This document shows, piece after piece, positions 61,804-64,000 of a stretch of 64,000 nt of DNA. Source of the DNA: Azolla caroliniana (Eukaryota > Plantae > Polypodiophyta); assembly GCA_043228905.1 (NCBI GenBank), contig JBHGNT010000003.1:7874001-7938000 (forward strand). The letters are read 5' to 3'. The notes under the pieces are model-generated. The model did no database searches, was not told where the DNA came from, and worked only from the letters and a program-made list of their open reading frames with translations. The translations under genes and the position numbers were made by a program. Every line of letters begins with the position of its first letter. Position 1 is the stretch's first letter.

Positions 61804-62714
61804 ATGCTCTCGCTCTAAAATGAAAGTGCCAAAGAAGAGAAGGAAGAAATAAAAGGTTTGTCAATTCGCTTTCATACTTATTGTGCATTTATGTCATTTT
61901 GAATCTCTACTATTATTTTCTAATATTTTTTCTTTTGTCCAATTTTGATTGTGTAACACTTTTGTTGGGTGTCAGTGCCAATGATATCACCCCAAGTTAT
62001 AAGGATTAAGTGTATGACCATTACTTACACTATATTAAACTAAGTTTGCCAACATAAAGTAATGTGAGATTTTTTTTGTCATTTGGAGTTTAGCAAAAAC
62101 TCATGCAAAGGTATACTTTTTTAGCCGTTCTTTAGACCGAAAACTCGTGCAAAGATATACTTCTTTAGCCATTCTTTAGACTGATTTGTTGTATGGTCTA
62201 ACATTTTGTCTATCATAGGACTTTTGCTTGCATTTGAACAATAAAAAAAAGTTGTAGTGTCTCAATCCATATTAAAGGTGGTTGTCCCCAGATACCATAC
62301 ATCCTAAAGAGCAATGCCAGTGATGTAGTTGTAACTATAAGGTATTATTCTTATTCGCTAATGGAAACCAATAACTTTTTTTAGGGCAATAAACTCTTTG
62401 TACTATAGAGGAAGTGACCCACGTATGAGCTAATGTTGTATTTGATCATTCATGCAATCAAGACATGGAGTCATTACATGTATGAAGTTAAGCTCATATG
62501 TTGACCAACCAACTATGTTACTTTGAAGTACTTTTGCACTTGACTAAAACTCAAGGGTCACCAAGATAGGCAAGTGCAACTCATGTACAAGTTCCATATA
62601 GAAAGTTTATTATTGTAAAGGGAAAGATAACATAGTGGCCAATGCTTCTTCTAGACTTTTGTGCCATATGAGTTTATGTATCGAGAAACTTGAGAAGCTA
62701 AGAACCAGATGGAA

Positions 62715-62990
62715 GATGCTCGAGTGAGCAATTTCTCCTATTAGACCACTAAATCTAGGATCGATCATGTATGATTATTGGTGGCCACATCAAGACACTA
62801 ATGTAGTAGATTATGAGTCTCAATGCATTTTTTTCATGAAGCAAACAAATTTATTAAAAATAAGTTATCTAGGCTAACCACATGGACGATGCTAGAGTGA
62901 GCAATTCTTCTATTAGACCACCAACTCTAGAATTGGTCAAGTGTGATTATTGTTTGACACTATTGTAGTAGACTAGAAGTCTCAATGCAC
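62715..62990. repeat. Diverged tandem duplication, ~173-bp spacing
   Basis: GATGCT.GAGTGAGCAATT...CTATTAGACCAC...TGATTATTG at ~62715 and ~62888. Confidence 0.7.
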
Positions 62991-63199
62991 TCTTCCATAA
63001 CTCTCAACTGTGAGAACGTCTATTGCATTGTTACAACCTTTGTTCACTCCAAATAGGAAACGGTAGTGTGTCCATGCATTTCATTGTGGGTTTGTTTGGT
63101 TTGTCTAGTACTCAACACCCATAATGCATAGTGATAGACATGGTTTACTAAAATGGCACTTTTAATTCTCACCGTGACAAAAACACATGCTATGGATTT

Positions 63200-64000
63200 A
63201 ACTAATCTATTGAATTTCCCTAAAGCTAGATACTTGTTTCATAACACAATTCTAGACTAGCTTGCTTTGTCAATCTAAGCATTAAATTGACGTTTTGTAG
63301 CAAAGCGGATCCTAAGACAGATGCTTAGATAAAAAGGGTTAACGAAGTGTTGAGAGACATGTTGAGGGCAAATGTGTACATCCATCAAACATACCAAAGA
63401 AGTTATTTGTCTCTTAAATTTACAGATAACCCAAAAGCATTTGACAACTAAGTTTTCCCAATTCAGGTTGAACTTTAGGGTGCAACCAACTTGTCCATAT
63501 TCAATAGAATTTAATATTCATCAATCAAGCCCCTCATAATATTTGAAGGATATGAGAGATATGTTGGCTATGGCAAAAATAAATATATATGACCTACTTC
63601 ACATAGATTAACAAGTTTTGTAACAAACATACTCTAAGATCTTTTGAGGTAAGAGAATGGGTTTACTTTTCAGCTACTAGCTACATTAGTTCAACAATTA
63701 AGCCACCTACTATCTCCAAGTTATTATGATCATGGATTATCCTAAGGAGATATGAGAGGTTTCTTATAAGCTAGAGTTGCCAATGCGTAGTCCTATCCAT
63801 ATGTTGTATCCATGTTGTTGTTTCAATGTTTCATATTAGTATACTCGAGAAGTGCTTACTAGATAAAGATAACGTAGAGGATAGTAATGTGAACTACGAA
63901 GTCCTTTGATTGTTTATTCAAGACCAGGTCCTATCCCAAGCATTCAAAAGAATTTGAGGAATCATATTTTCCACCAATTCTTGAGCCATAGAAAGGTTTA
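63200..64000 (+). pseudogene. Degraded gypsy integrase remnant (chromovirus-like)
   Basis: RVNEVL.DMLRA and SYKLELP...FHISIL-like peptides. Confidence 0.55.

Overview
This is eukaryotic, plant-like DNA (probably a non-seed plant such as a fern or lycophyte; inference only), made almost entirely of nested retrotransposons, with no convincing host gene. Resolved structure: (F) a minus-strand gag-only LTR element, 4360-18334, containing (A) a full-length plus-strand Ty3/gypsy element, 5898-15929 (TSD GTTGT); a solo LTR, 18699-19565 (TSD ATATT), inside a LINE ORF1 remnant; (C) a large decayed minus-strand gypsy element, about 20560-46825, containing (B) a minus-strand relative of A (22765-32643) and two Ty1/copia elements (D, 33011-39221; E, 40228-45275); and a 5'-truncated L1-type LINE, 48857-53242 (17-bp TSD), with an uninterrupted RT ORF and a ~165-bp tandem array in its 3' region. 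The rest is old TE debris. The most striking observation is that A and B have unalignable LTR interiors, yet both lack a polypurine tract. In its place both carry the same tRNA-3'-end-like sequence (an inverted PBS, CCCACGGGCGTGCCA) 2 nt before the 3' LTR, as well as a normal PBS. This suggests dual tRNA priming or self-priming. Both also encode a homologous large extra ORF downstream of integrase.
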